Notes: generated by a model from the letters alone, not told the origin. Counted from the stretch's first letter, positions 1-11,005 are shown. The stretch is DNA of 64,000 nucleotides from Octopus vulgaris (GCA_951406725.2 OX597818.1:104656001-104720000), one strand, 5' to 3'. Made by a program: numbers and translations.

Positions 1-268
1 TCTAGTCACTGACCAATACATAAAGGATTTGGTAAAATTTCGATATATTTAATGTCCAGTACTCAATACGAATTCCCATCGTTATCTACGCATTAAGACT
101 AGTATTTGTTATTCCTTAAACTGTGGTCCGTTTGTTCAGGGAGTTTAAAGAATGATAGAACGAGTATGTAGATTCTTAAAATTACATAAATAAGTATATT
201 CAAGCTGAAGATAGCTGTGTAGTACAAGATTAATATTGGTTACAATTGTTTTCGAGCAAGTCTTGAAC

Positions 269-443
269 ACATTATTTACATACCTTACGAATGAAAACCC
301 AGGTTCGAAATTTCCCCAAGACAACTGATGAAGGCTGGAGGGTATATCAGCCGAAACGTTGTGTTAACAACTAACATGATGAGGACAAATATCCGACAAA
401 TGTAAATAATGTACATAATTCCTCATTCCTTAAATATAGAACT
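269..443 (+). mobile_element. Penelope-like element terminal (pLTR) fragment carrying a hammerhead motif
   Basis: Contains a CTGATGA..GAAA hammerhead core (320-365). A 13-bp inverted repeat ACATTATTTACAT (269-281) / ATGTAAATAATGT (400-412) resembles PLE inverted 5' truncation. Confidence 0.55.
320..365 (+). ncRNA. minimal type I hammerhead ribozyme motif
   Basis: GACAA-CTGATGA-A-GGCTG(gagggtatat)CAGCC-GAAA-CG-TT|GTGTT. Core intact, 5-bp stem II, minimal palindromic stem III (AACGTT), stem I GACA/TGTT with one mismatch next to the core. Confidence 0.75.
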
Positions 444-566
444 GACGTCTTGAATAGTTTACCACACATGATGTGTCATGTGTGATGCGAATCGAAGCTG
501 CATAAAACTGAAACAAATGTAACCGATATTGAAATTATATTTCATTGGTGTTGTGTGTTTTGTGTG

Positions 567-886
567 AAAGCATGTAGCTTAATGGTTAAGGCTGTAAGCT
601 CACGATTCTACGCTCGCTAGTTCAATTCCGGTGCGCTATCACCTTGAGCATGGCGCTTCATTTCATGTTGCTCCAGTCCACTCAGCTGGAAAAAAAATGA
701 ATGGGACCTGTAATTCAAAGGACCAGCCGTGTCACATTCTGTGCTATATTGAGTCCTCATGAGAACTGCGTTAAGGGCATTTGTGTTCGTTGATTGCTCA
801 GTCTCTTGCACGTTTATTTCATGAGCAGGCTATTCCGTTAATTGGATCAGCTGGAATACGCATTGTCGCAACCGACGGAAATGTCA
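567..886 (+). mobile_element. tRNA-headed SINE, family C (degenerate)
   Basis: A-box-like TAGCTTAATGG and B-box-like GTTCAATTCC. Body is homologous to 5355-5535 (-) and 61750-62072 (+). Confidence 0.7.
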
Positions 887-952
887 GTTTTGTGCACGGG
901 TGTATAAATATGTGCTCCAGCATGACCACAGCCACCTGACTGAAAGACATAA

Positions 953-998
<46 letters not shown>

Positions 999-1040
999 GT
1001 GTATGTATGTATGTATGTATGTATGTATGTATGTATGTAT

Positions 1041-1335
1041 ATCACCGTGATCACCGTGACCGAGCAGGCTATCAGATGTTGCTACATATCGCCGATCACA
1101 ATGCGCTTCGCATTGTTTTAGCCTTCAAATGACGCCACCCCGCTGGCTAAGCGAGCAGGCCAACAGAAGAAAGAGTGAGAGAAAATTGTATCGAAAGAGT
1201 ACAGAAGAGATCGCCACCACCACGCAGCTGGAGCCGCGTGGAGCTTTAGGTGTTTTCGCTCAATAAACACTCGCAACGCCCAGTCTGGGAATCGAAACCG
1301 CGATCCTACAACCGCGAGTCCGCTGCCCTAACCAC
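1041..1335 (-). mobile_element. tRNA-headed SINE, family C head with an alternative tail
   Basis: Minus strand GTGGTTAGGGCAGCGGACTCGCGG..GGTTTCGATTCCC head is shared with 5540-5735. The tail ends in (CACGGTGAT)2 next to (TATG)n. Confidence 0.7.
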
Positions 1336-1408
1336 TTCTTTAAAAGCAAAAAAAGAAAAAAAATTATACAACTCGCAAGAGTGGCTGTGTAGTTAGTAGC
1401 TTGCTTAC

Positions 1409-2480
1409 TGCGCATGCGTGAGTCTGTTGTTTTTGCACTGGTATTGTGAAGACGTTGCTTTCGCAGCGCTCTTGAACTGAAAAAATCTGAAGACGCAACT
1501 GTAAGGTAAGACATTTGTTTTGTTGGGATTCAGTGTTTATTTCATATATATATATATATATATGCTTGTGTGATGGCGTATGCTTATGGATAGTTTTAAT
1601 GAAGATTCTTAGATTCACATTTGGAAATGAAAATAGAAGAAAATGAACAAAAATACATAGTTAATCGGTGTAAGTAATAAATAGATAAGTTTTGAAGCAA
1701 GAACATTTTTTACTCTTTTAGTTTTATGCTCTCGATATTGTTATTTAAAGTGCGTTTATCATTTTATACAGCAAATTCTATTAATCCAGTTGTTGTTGGC
1801 TTTATAATTTATTATTTTTCGTTTCAAAGTCTAAATCATACATTGTTTACAAAATGTTCGAAGACTTTTATGAAAAGTAAAACACTCGTTCTTTATGTAG
1901 AGACTGACAATAGGTAGAGAAAGAAAGACGTTTTGTTCGATTGTCTTCGCTGTCGCCTGCCATCGATGTCGGCTGCCATCCTTGTTGCTATCAATTTTCT
2001 TGGTTTTCGATTTTTATATTATATTTCACTTTATCCAAGATCAATCGTGGTAGTACAATCAAAAATAATGCAACAGTTCGTATGAAAACCAAAAGATTAC
2101 TCCTGGTGCTTTGTGCATTAGAATTTTAAATATTTTGAGTTAAAAATTCAGAAAAAGACACCGTATCATTGTTGTTCCCGTTTTATTATGTATCTATGTG
2201 AATAATGAACATATGAATAACGCATTTCTAAAGCTTGCTTTTAGTATGGACTCTCTGAAGCTTTAAATAATATTTTTAAAAATCTACGATTGTACTCAGA
2301 TGCTCCCTTTGATGCGTCAAATGGCCGCGGTAAGCAATTTGATAACTACTGTGCCAAACTGTACAATTGTAATTAATTTTAGAATTAATAGTGAGTAGCG
2401 TCCGTATTTATTTTTTTAAATTAGAAGAATTTTGGATTCGTTTTCACGAAACAATGTTTGATATATACGATTGTTTGAAA
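1409..2480 (+). mobile_element. degenerate SINE-head-inserted element, 5' part (relative of 18065-20326)
   Basis: Starts TGCGCATGCGTGAGTC..GAAGACGT..GTAAG|GTAAGA, like the 5' end at 20326 (-). Broken peptides KTFMKSKTLVLY and KINRGSTIKNNATV echo KDMEEKTMVLR and YISRGVKHATV of the 19.6-kb ORF1 (weak, by eye). Confidence 0.55.
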
Positions 2481-2555
2481 TATTCTTTAAAAGCCAAAAA
2501 TAAAACACAATTATACAATTCACAGGATTGGCTGTGTGGTTAGCAGCTTGCTTAC

Positions 2556-3068
2556 TGCGCATGCGTGAATCTGTTGTCTTTGCACTGGTATTGTGAAGAC
2601 GTTGGTTTCGCAGCGCTCTTGAATTGAAGAAATCCGAAGACGCAGTTGGTCGGGTACCGGCGGGGCGGAAAATGATTAAGAGTCTTAGTGCCTCGTATTG
2701 TAGAGGCATATGGCCCATTATTAAAAAAATGTAAGACGCTCAGTGCCTCATTTGTAAGAACCTTGGGTCCAATTGATTTAAAGTAAGAGGTTTATAACCT
2801 CAATCTCTTATTATGAAAGATGTAAGAGGCTTAGTGCCTCATTTGTAAGGACCTTGGGTGCAATCGAATTAATGTAAGAGGTTTATAACCTCAATTTGTT
2901 AAAAGAAGAAACCAAGAACAATGTTTTCGAGAAGCAGCGATCGGCGGGTATCACTTGCATTCCCTCACCAATTTCATAATTTGCTTTATCATTCATTTAT
3001 CTTGTGTTTTGTACGGGCCGCAGTTACTACCTCTGTGTACGGCTTTTATAGCCAATTAAATTAAATAA
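2556..3068 (+). mobile_element. internally deleted (~510 bp) SINE-head-inserted element
   Basis: Family 5' end is fused to QLVGYRRGGK* (cf. EMAGYRNSSG near the ORF1 C-terminus at 18.4 kb). 3' UTR motifs GGTTTATAACCTCAATTT, ATGTTTTCGAGAA, ATCGGCGGGT and AATAAA are shared with 18065-18375. TSD is AGCAGCTTGCTTAC / AGTAGCTTGCTTCC. Confidence 0.75.
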
Positions 3069-3199
3069 AGTAGCTTGCTTCCCAATCATATGGTACAGTC
3101 CTATGCGAGGCATTTTAGGCAAGTTTCTTCTACTATAGCCTCGAGCCGACCAAAGCCTTGTGAGTGGATTTGGTAGATGGAAACTGAACGAAGCCCATC

Positions 3200-3253
<54 letters not shown>

Positions 3254-3396
3254 GTATATGTATATATATGTATATGTATATATATGTATATGTATATATA
3301 TGTATATGTATATATATGTATATGTATATATATGTATATGTATATATATGTATATATATATATATGTATATATATGTATATGTATATATATGTATA

Positions 3397-3432
<36 letters not shown>

Positions 3433-3461
3433 TGTATGTATGTGTATGTAAGTGTGTGTGT

Positions 3462-4855
3462 ATCCAGGTATTCATTGATTAACTAAGGCCTTTGATACTG
3501 TAAATAGGGCCTTTCTATGGAAAATACTTGGCAAACTTGGATGTCCGGATCACTTTGTATCAATAATTAAATCATTTCATGATGGGATGGAGGCTTGGGT
3601 CAATGTTGGTGGTGCCATGGCAGGACCCATTCCTGTAGAGAATGGTGTTAAGCAGGGTGACATCTTTGCCCCAACTCTCTTTTCTTTGTACTTTGCTGCT
3701 ACTTTTACTCATGCTTTTGCTAAGGTTAGCTCTCTGGGAATATATGTCAGATATCGATCTTCTGGCCGCCTCTTTAATCTTCGCCGATTTGCTGCCAATT
3801 CAAAGGTTTCCCAGTCTATTATTCGTGACCTCCTTTATGCAGATGACTGTAACTTAGTCACTCATACAGTGGATGACATGCAAATACTCATGAATTGCAT
3901 TTCTGCTTCTTGCAGGGCATTTGGACTCAGCATTAGCCTGGACAAGACTGTTGTAATGTTCCAGCCTGCACCAGGAAATCCATATATAGAACCAGCTATC
4001 TTGGTTGAAGGAACGATTCTGAAGGTAGTAGACAAGTTTGTCTACCTGGGCAGCACACTCAACCGTTCTTGCTCCCTGGATGAGGAAATATCTTTCAAGT
4101 TGCAGAGAGCAACTAATTCCTTCCGGTCTCTTCAGTCTCGTGTCTGGTCCCAACATGGCATTGCAAGGAGAACAAAAGCTGCTGTGTACCGTGCTTGTGT
4201 ACTGACATCGCTTCTCTACTCATGTGAGACATGGACTCTGTACAAACGTTAGGTCAGGGTCCTTGAACGTTTTCATCAGAGACGTCTCAGACACATTCTT
4301 AATGTTGGCTGGACCTCAAAAATTCCAGACACACAGATCCTGAGGACAGCTGATATCTTGAGTATTGAGGCGATGGTACACAAGCACCGGTTGCGTTGGA
4401 CTGGACACCTTATTAGAATGGAGGATAGAAGGATTCCTAAGCAGATGCTCTATGGAGAACTTGTGAATGGAAGGAGACTCCGGCAGAAACCAAGGCTGCG
4501 ATTTAAGGACTGTGTCAAGTCCTCGTTAAAGGCCTTTGATATGCAGGACACTGACTGGGAGAACAATGCCTGTCATCTCCACAGATGGATGAAGCAGGTT
4601 AAGGAGGGGATCGACACTTTTGAGAGAGCACGTATCCAACATGAAGAACTTAAGCGAGCTGCGCGAAAGCGCACGGCTCCTATAGTAAATGGGGAAAGCT
4701 TGGTCTGCAATGTTTGCAGTCGTGTATGCTTGTCAAGAGAAGGGCTCATTAGCCACCAACGGAGCCGCAAATGCAAAATATAAGTTAGTCCTAGAGCGCA
4801 CAATGTTCCTGAAGGTCGGCAATGGTCTTCCTCGGTCACGAGTGGACGGCCATCA
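3462..4855 (+). mobile_element. 5'-truncated RTE-clade LINE
   Basis: RT motifs KAFDTVNR, GVKQGDIFAPTLF, LLYADD, FVYLGS, and an RTE C-terminus LRWTGHLIRMEDRRIPKQMLYGEL. Flanked by duplicated TGTATGTGTATGTAAGTGTGTGTGT inside the SINE microsatellite. Confidence 0.92.
3466..4783 (+). pseudogene. RTE reverse transcriptase, C-terminal part, disrupted
   Basis: ORFs 3587-4252 and 4358-4783 are in the same frame, separated by TAG at 4250-4252. Frameshift near VFID/KAFD. Terminal CNVC..H zinc-finger-like motif. Confidence 0.9.
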
Positions 4856-5144
4856 TGTATGTATGTGTATGTAAGTGTGTGTGTGTGTGTGTAAGTTCTG
4901 TGTCTGTGTTTCTCTCCCCCACCACCATCGCTTGACAACTGATGCTGGTGTGTTTAAGTCCCCGTAACTTAGCGGTCCGGCAAAATAGACGAAAGAACAA
5001 GTACTAAACTTACAAAGAATAAATCCAGGGGTCGATTTGCTCGACTAACGGCGGTGCCCCAGCATGGCCGCCGTGAAATGACTGAAACAAATAAAAGAAT
5101 AGAGTATATTAAATACATACGGAAATGGATTTTAATTTAGGAAT

Positions 5145-5325
5145 AATGCCAGAGTAGCGAGTCGAGTCGATTAATTCGACATACCTGAGCAGAACTTAAT
5201 TTACTGACAAGAAAATAATAAAAGGTAAAGCTGACCTCGACAGAATCAGAATGCAAAGCGCCGGAAGAAATCCCTTGAATATATTTTTCCCTGTGCTCTA
5301 ACTATTCTGCCAATTTGCCACCCTA
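5145..5325 (-). mobile_element. SINE family B, degenerate
   Basis: AAAGGTAAAGCTGACCTCGAC..TGCTCTAACTATTCTGCCAATTTGCC matches the reverse complement of the family B consensus seen at 11528. Confidence 0.55.
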
Positions 5326-5354
5326 TGAAAAACGTGTAATATAAAGATGTACTT

Positions 5355-5735
5355 TCGTGGCACTCCGTCGGTTACGACGGTGAGGGTTCCAGTTGATCCG
5401 ATCAACAGAATAGCCTCCTCGTGAAATTACTGTGTATGTGGCTCAGCACTCCACAGACACGTGTACCCTCAACATGGATCTCGGGGAGATTCAGCGTGAC
5501 ACAGAATGTGACAATGCTGGCCCTTTGAAATACAGGTACAGCAGAAACAAGAAGAAAGAGTGAGAGGAAGTTGTGGTGAAATAGTACATACAGCAGGGTT
5601 CGCCGCCACCTCCTGCCGGAGCTTCGTGGAGCTTTATGTGTTTTCGCTCAATAAACACAACACCCGGTCTGGGAATCGAACCCACGATCCTACGACAGCA
5701 AGTCAGCTGCCCTAACCTCTGAGCCATTGGGCCTT
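5355..5735 (-). mobile_element. tRNA-headed SINE, family C
   Basis: Head TGGCTCAGAGGTTAGGGCAGCTGAC..GGGTTCGATTCCC. Tail ..GATCGGATCAACTGGAACCCTC..CCGACGGAGTGCC is shared with 567-886 and 61750-62072. Confidence 0.8.
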
Positions 5736-5772
5736 CACTAAAGACGTTCATTTGTATACATACATACATACA

Positions 5773-5866
<94 letters not shown>

Positions 5867-6031
5867 CACTCAAAGGTAAAAGAGAACATTATACAATATC
5901 TGATTTGATTGCTTGATATAACGAAAATGAGAAGCGTATCAAATACTTATTGGGTAATATCAGTAATAATAATAATAGAGTAAACTCTACGTTCGGCTAT
6001 ATATATAACAATTCTTGAGATACAGCACGGA

Positions 6032-6086
6032 ATTTTGTCAGTGAAGAGGTCGCGGTCTCAAAGCGACGAAAATATCTTGGCAAATT
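6032..6086 (+). ncRNA. degenerate minimal hammerhead motif in a PLE-like fragment (~6000-6190)
   Basis: TTTGTCAG-TGAAGA-G-GTCGC(ggtctcaaa)GCGAC-GAAA-ATATC-TTGGCAAA. Stems I and II pair; the core lacks C3. Confidence 0.6.
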
Positions 6087-6564
6087 AAATTTAACTGTTG
6101 AAGTGAATCTAACGGTTTTTGTGTGTTTCTTAAATGGCTTATAAACACCTTCCACGCTGCAACTGAATTCTTGAAACACTGAAAATTAATCAAGTATTTT
6201 CCTCACATACTTACGAACGATTTGCTCCCAAAACGTTAGCTTCTCCACTCTTTATCACAGGTGAACTTATTAAATTCTTCTACAAACCATCTGGCTGGAT
6301 TCATGTTGCTGTCACATATAATCAATGTCTTTATTCTTTTGTCTTTATCATTTATTTTATCTTGAATATTATATAGTTTTTGCTCGTTTTAAAACACAGG
6401 AGTACAAATACAAATCTGTTTACCGCAAAGTTTTGGCTATAAACTATCAAAATTGCTCTGTATTTAATTTTATACCATTACATTAACATTACATTTACAC
6501 GTGTACATATACCTATACAATAGTATGTGTGCGTTCCTGCGTTCGTGTTTATCAAGTATGTATA

Positions 6565-6780
6565 TATTGGTTTCGAATTTTGGCACAAGGCCAGAAATTT
6601 CGGGACAGTGGTTAAGGCAGGCCCTAGTGCTCAACTGGTGTTTATGTTATCGACTTTGTCTTTCATCCCGATAGAATGGAGGGCAAAGCCGAGCTCGGCG
6701 GTATTTGACCTCAGAACCTAAAGACAGACAAGACGCCGCTAAGCATTTCGCCAGGTTTGATAACGATTTTGCCTGCTCTA
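6565..6780 (-). mobile_element. SINE family B
   Basis: TTTTGGCACAAGGCCAGAAATTTC..GGCAAAGCCGAGCTCGGCGGTATTTGACCTCAGAAC..CCGCTAAGCATTT. Confidence 0.7.
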
Positions 6781-7425
6781 TATCTTCAAGTACCTATATA
6801 TTATAAGTATCGTGCGTCTGCTGTCGAGTGTGTTATTTCATAAAATAAAATTAACCTGCTCTTAACACGATGAATTGATACCGCCGATAGAAAGTTGGAT
6901 ACAATGTCCTACGGTATTTGTTCTATATTTATACGCTTTAAGTTCAAAACACTTCGAGTTGAATTTTATCCTTCATGGATTAAGAAAGTACGTGTCAAGC
7001 AATGGCGCTAATTCTTCTCTCTCTTACACTCTCAATGTGTCTCAGTCCCCTCTCTCCCGGCTCTTCTCTCTCGCTCTCTTTCACTCACTCTCTCTTCCAA
7101 AATTGGGAAGGATTCGCTATTAGACAATCGTAGAAGACAACATACGGTGCCTGTATTATCAAAAACGATAACTGCCGCTATTATTATAGCAGAAACTTCA
7201 GACAGTTCATAAGAACCGCCTTTATTTAAAAAGTTGCTGATGATGATCATTGATGATGACAACATTGAGAAACATCGAAGAAAGTGAGAAATTTACAAGA
7301 AAATCTTCAAATGCACAAGATATGCTAGAACTCACACGTTTCCAGACAGCAGAGCTGCAAAGAACTCTTCCTTTTTCTGTCAACTCCATTTGATCTCCAG
7401 TGTATATATTTCATTACTTTAGTTT

Positions 7426-7481
<56 letters not shown>

Positions 7482-7933
7482 GCAATCACTGTTTAAAACT
7501 TCTGATTGTGACGACTTTCATCTTTATCAAAACGGTGATCAGTTTATCAGGCTATCGCTTTATCTCTCTATATCTCTTTCATTTTTCTTTCTCAACCTTT
7601 TCCTCAATATATTCCAATCAATTCTGGAATATCTTGCTCATTTCTTCTTATTCTCTATATCTGTTATTATCTGTCTATTTGACTGTTCCTTTTCCACTCG
7701 CTTGAACTCTCTCTCTCTCCTCTCTCTCTCCCCCACCTCTCTCTCTCTGTCTGTGAGTACATACATATTTATATATACACATATATATAGTTATTTATTT
7801 GTCTATATGCATATATATGTGTGTGTGTATACATACACATATATATATGTATATATGTTCGTATGAGTGAGTGTGTATACCTAACACTGTCGAGCAAATA
7901 TACTGTGTATACACACACACACATATGCATATA

Positions 7934-7969
<36 letters not shown>

Positions 7970-8609
7970 TGTATGTATATGTATATTCTGTATCAACCTA
8001 TTTAACTATTTATTCATACTATGTATTATGTACATATATATACACACATGTATGTATGTATGTATGTATGTATGTATGTATGTATGTATGTATCTATGTA
8101 TGTATGTATGTATGTATGCGTGTGTATAAATATCATTTCTAAATTTCCATATCATAATCGCCAAAGCGGATAATTATCAGCTTTTATATTGAAATGCATA
8201 CTCAATGTATTTAAATTGTGAACTGTTAAGCTCTTCTCCTAATAGACACTGAACCTGATCATTCAGGTGGCAATTAATAGACTATCTAAATTAAAATATT
8301 AATCGATCATTTCGCCAAACTGTTCTGGATTAAGTATGGATCTTTCGTCTCTTATGAGCTTATCATCGCTTTGGTAGCGATTCATTTCTGACACATCAAA
8401 GTGTTAAGGATTTTCCATTTGAAATCGACAGAGCAGATCAGATTAAATAATTGTCGGCAGCGGCGATTATAAAGAACGTGTCTAAACCTAACAATCTTTA
8501 AACATTTATGTCTGCTTTTCTGTGTGATATGTGCGTGTGCGCATGTGAAAATCATCTATCGTATATCATACACTGAAGATTGTGCGTGTGTATATATATA
8601 TATATAATT

Positions 8610-8800
8610 TCTAATATAGGCACAAGGCTCAAAATTTCTCCTCGGGGCGCTAGTGGAGTATATTGAAACCCAATACTCAACTGGTACCTATTTTCAAACC
8701 CCGAAACTATGGAAAGTAAAGTCGACTTCGGCAGAATTTGAACTCACAACGAAAAACAGGCACAATGTCGCTAAGCATTTTCCCCATCAGTCTAAGCTGG
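8610..8800 (-). mobile_element. SINE family B
   Basis: AAAGTCGACTTCGGCAGAATTTGAACTCAC..GCTAAGCATTTT. Another fragment lies at 9616-9715. Confidence 0.65.
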
Positions 8801-8804
8801 CCTC

Positions 8805-8859
<55 letters not shown>

Positions 8860-8887
8860 GGCCAAAACAATGCGAAGTAAATGCCTC

Positions 8888-8923
<36 letters not shown>

Positions 8924-8926
<3 letters not shown>

Positions 8927-9089
8927 CCAAAACAATGCGAAGTAAATGCAAGGTAAATCACAAGAACGTGCACTCCACACACGCTCATACATACGCACAT
9001 CGGTAACATTCGTTTATTTTCTTGAAAATGGGGTCATAACCCCATTTTCTTGTGATTTTCCTTGCATTTAATTCGCATTGTTTTGGCCT
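8924..9089. mobile_element. MITE with ~43-bp terminal inverted repeats
   Basis: AGGCCAAAACAATGCGAAGTAAATGCAAGGTAAATCACAAGAA / TTCTTGTGATTTTCCTTGCATTTAATTCGCATTGTTTTGGCCT. Internal hairpin GAAAATGGGGT..ACCCCATTTTC. An extra copy of the left end sits at 8859-8884. Confidence 0.8.
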
Positions 9090-9234
9090 TAGCCATGATC
9101 CTTTATACAATATATTCTACACAATGCTTCATAGAAATTATTCCATTATATATATATATACATATAAAAAAAAATTCAGAATGAGATAAAAAAAACCAAG
9201 GCTGTAAAGATTTTAGAACACTTATAAAGAGACA

Positions 9235-9283
9235 GTTTTACACCTGTTTTCAGGATATTTATTATATCCCTTCATCGGAGACG
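9235..9283 (-). ncRNA. degenerate hammerhead motif in a TA-flanked PLE-like fragment (~9160-9590)
   Basis: Minus strand: GTCT-CCGATGA-A-GGGATAT(aataa)ATATCCT-GAAA-ACAGGTGT-A-AAAC. Stem II is 7 bp, stem III is near-palindromic, and the core is a CCGAUGA variant. Confidence 0.55.
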
Positions 9284-10625
9284 GTGTGAGAAAATGGTTT
9301 AAGCAATAGTTAAATTAGATAAAATATGAAATAGAGAGTGAAATGGAGGAATGAAAATAGATGTGAGATATGCAGGGATATTGCATTTGTAGATTCATTA
9401 TTTAGGCAGAATGGTATACATATAAGATTCCAATACCATGTGAGTAAATTCCAATAGTACTTAAAATTGGTCATTCCAAGTATAGAGTTTGTACACAGTG
9501 CTATTGAAAGGAGGGTTTATTTAAAGTGATCTAAAAGTAGGGAATGCATTTGTAAGGTCCTTACACCATTACCTCTCATGACTTCTCTCTCTCTCCCTAT
9601 ATATATATATACATATTGGTTTCAAATTTTGGTACAAGGCCAGCAATTTGGGGGACTGGATAAGTCAAGTATGGTACTCAAGTGGTACTGATTTCCTCGA
9701 CCTAGAATCGATGAAATATGTGTATTCCGAAATAGCACCAGCACTAGTAATATAAAGATTATCGACATTACATGAGAAACTCCCATCTTTGTTGGAATGC
9801 TTTTGACCTTAGGTTTTCTCGATCAGGGCTGCCCTGGGCTATACCATAGCGACAACAACTGCAAAAGTGACAGTAGTGCCAATAAAAATGTTCTCTGAAT
9901 GGAAATGTAATCAGCCAACGGGTTTTGCTGTTGTTTTCTTTGTTATTGTTATTAAATTTCAACTAAACTCGTAATCAAAAGACATCCTGACCTTGATCTG
10001 TGCCTTTGACTACATTGTGAAGCATGTTCTCTGTTTTAAGACATTGAGGTAAAATTTGAAGAAGAAAATTTAGCTGCCATTTCTAACAGTCTAAGAGACC
10101 ACACTGAGAAACTCCTTCGTTAGCTCAATTAACAGTAAATAACTTGAATATTTACTTCGTTAAAATAAAACAAACATTTGACCGGATTAATAAATAGAAA
10201 CTTCTGTGCCCTTAATTGTTAAAAGACTTCATCATTAGCAACGTCTAGTTTAAGTGTTTATCTAATCCGGTTTGAAATTAAGTGAGACACAGAGGCAATA
10301 GGAGAAAGAGAGAGAGAGAAAGGTGGGGAGAGATGAAAACTGAACATTAAACAAAGCACTGCTTCAAAAACTGACAATTTAGATTAATTTAGATCAACTA
10401 AATAGTTTAAACATCTGAAAATATAATTTACACTTCTTATCTTGACTTTCCAAATTGTAAAATGAGATTTGTAGATATCATTAAGTCAAAGTAATTGAGA
10501 GACCTATAAACACCTTTAGCTTACGACATGTCTTTTCACTAAAGACAAATGCTGCAAAATACAGTCCTTCGTGCCGAGCATGAGTTAGAGACGGGATGGC
10601 CATGGATGAAATGTGACTGAACGGT

Positions 10626-10713
10626 GACCGGTAAATTCCACGAGGTAAATTTCACCATAAGTAAATTCCACTACGGTATATTCCACCATGGTAAATTTCA
10701 CCATTGGTGAAAA
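10626..10713. repeat. 14-15 bp tandem GGTAAATTCCACCAT units, probable MULE subterminal repeats
   Basis: About 5 imperfect units immediately upstream of a MULE transposase fragment. Confidence 0.6.
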
Positions 10714-10757
10714 TATCATTATTATTATTATTGTTATTATTATTATCAAATCATTAT

Positions 10758-11005
10758 TTAGAAGGGTTCCACAATGCTTTACGCTCATCACTAACATCCA
10801 CACATCCAGATTTGTGTAAAACTATGTACTAGCCTTAAATCCGTGGAAAGATTAAGCCAGACAAAAATTGAACTCGTTCGACGTGGAGACTCAAAAAAAA
10901 AAGACCTTTGAAATTATTGATGCACGACTGAAGAAACTAGTTCGGGAATATCAAAATGAAAACCCTCTGCAATTTTTAACAAGTATTGCATACAATTTGT
11001 GTTAA
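10758..11005 (+). pseudogene. Mutator-like (MULE) transposase C-terminal fragment
   Basis: Manual translation with one frameshift: LEGFHNALRSSLTSTHPDLCK/LCTSLKSVERLSQTKIELVRRGDSKKKTFEIIDARLKKLVREYQNENPLQFLTSIAYNLC*. This matches the animal MULE pattern EGxHxxL..HPxxxK..LK..LxxIAxN. Confidence 0.75.

Larger units (their letters stand above)
1375..5104 (+). mobile_element. SINE family A copy split by nested insertions (head 1375-1408 and 2521-2555; body 3069-3200; tail ~4856-5104)
   Basis: The pieces join into the sequence of the intact copy at 15125-15551: GTGGCTGTGTGGTAAGTAGCTTGCTT..CTACTATAGCCTCG..GAAGCCC..(TA/TG)n..CGTAACTTAGCGG..GACTGAAACAA. Confidence 0.8.
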
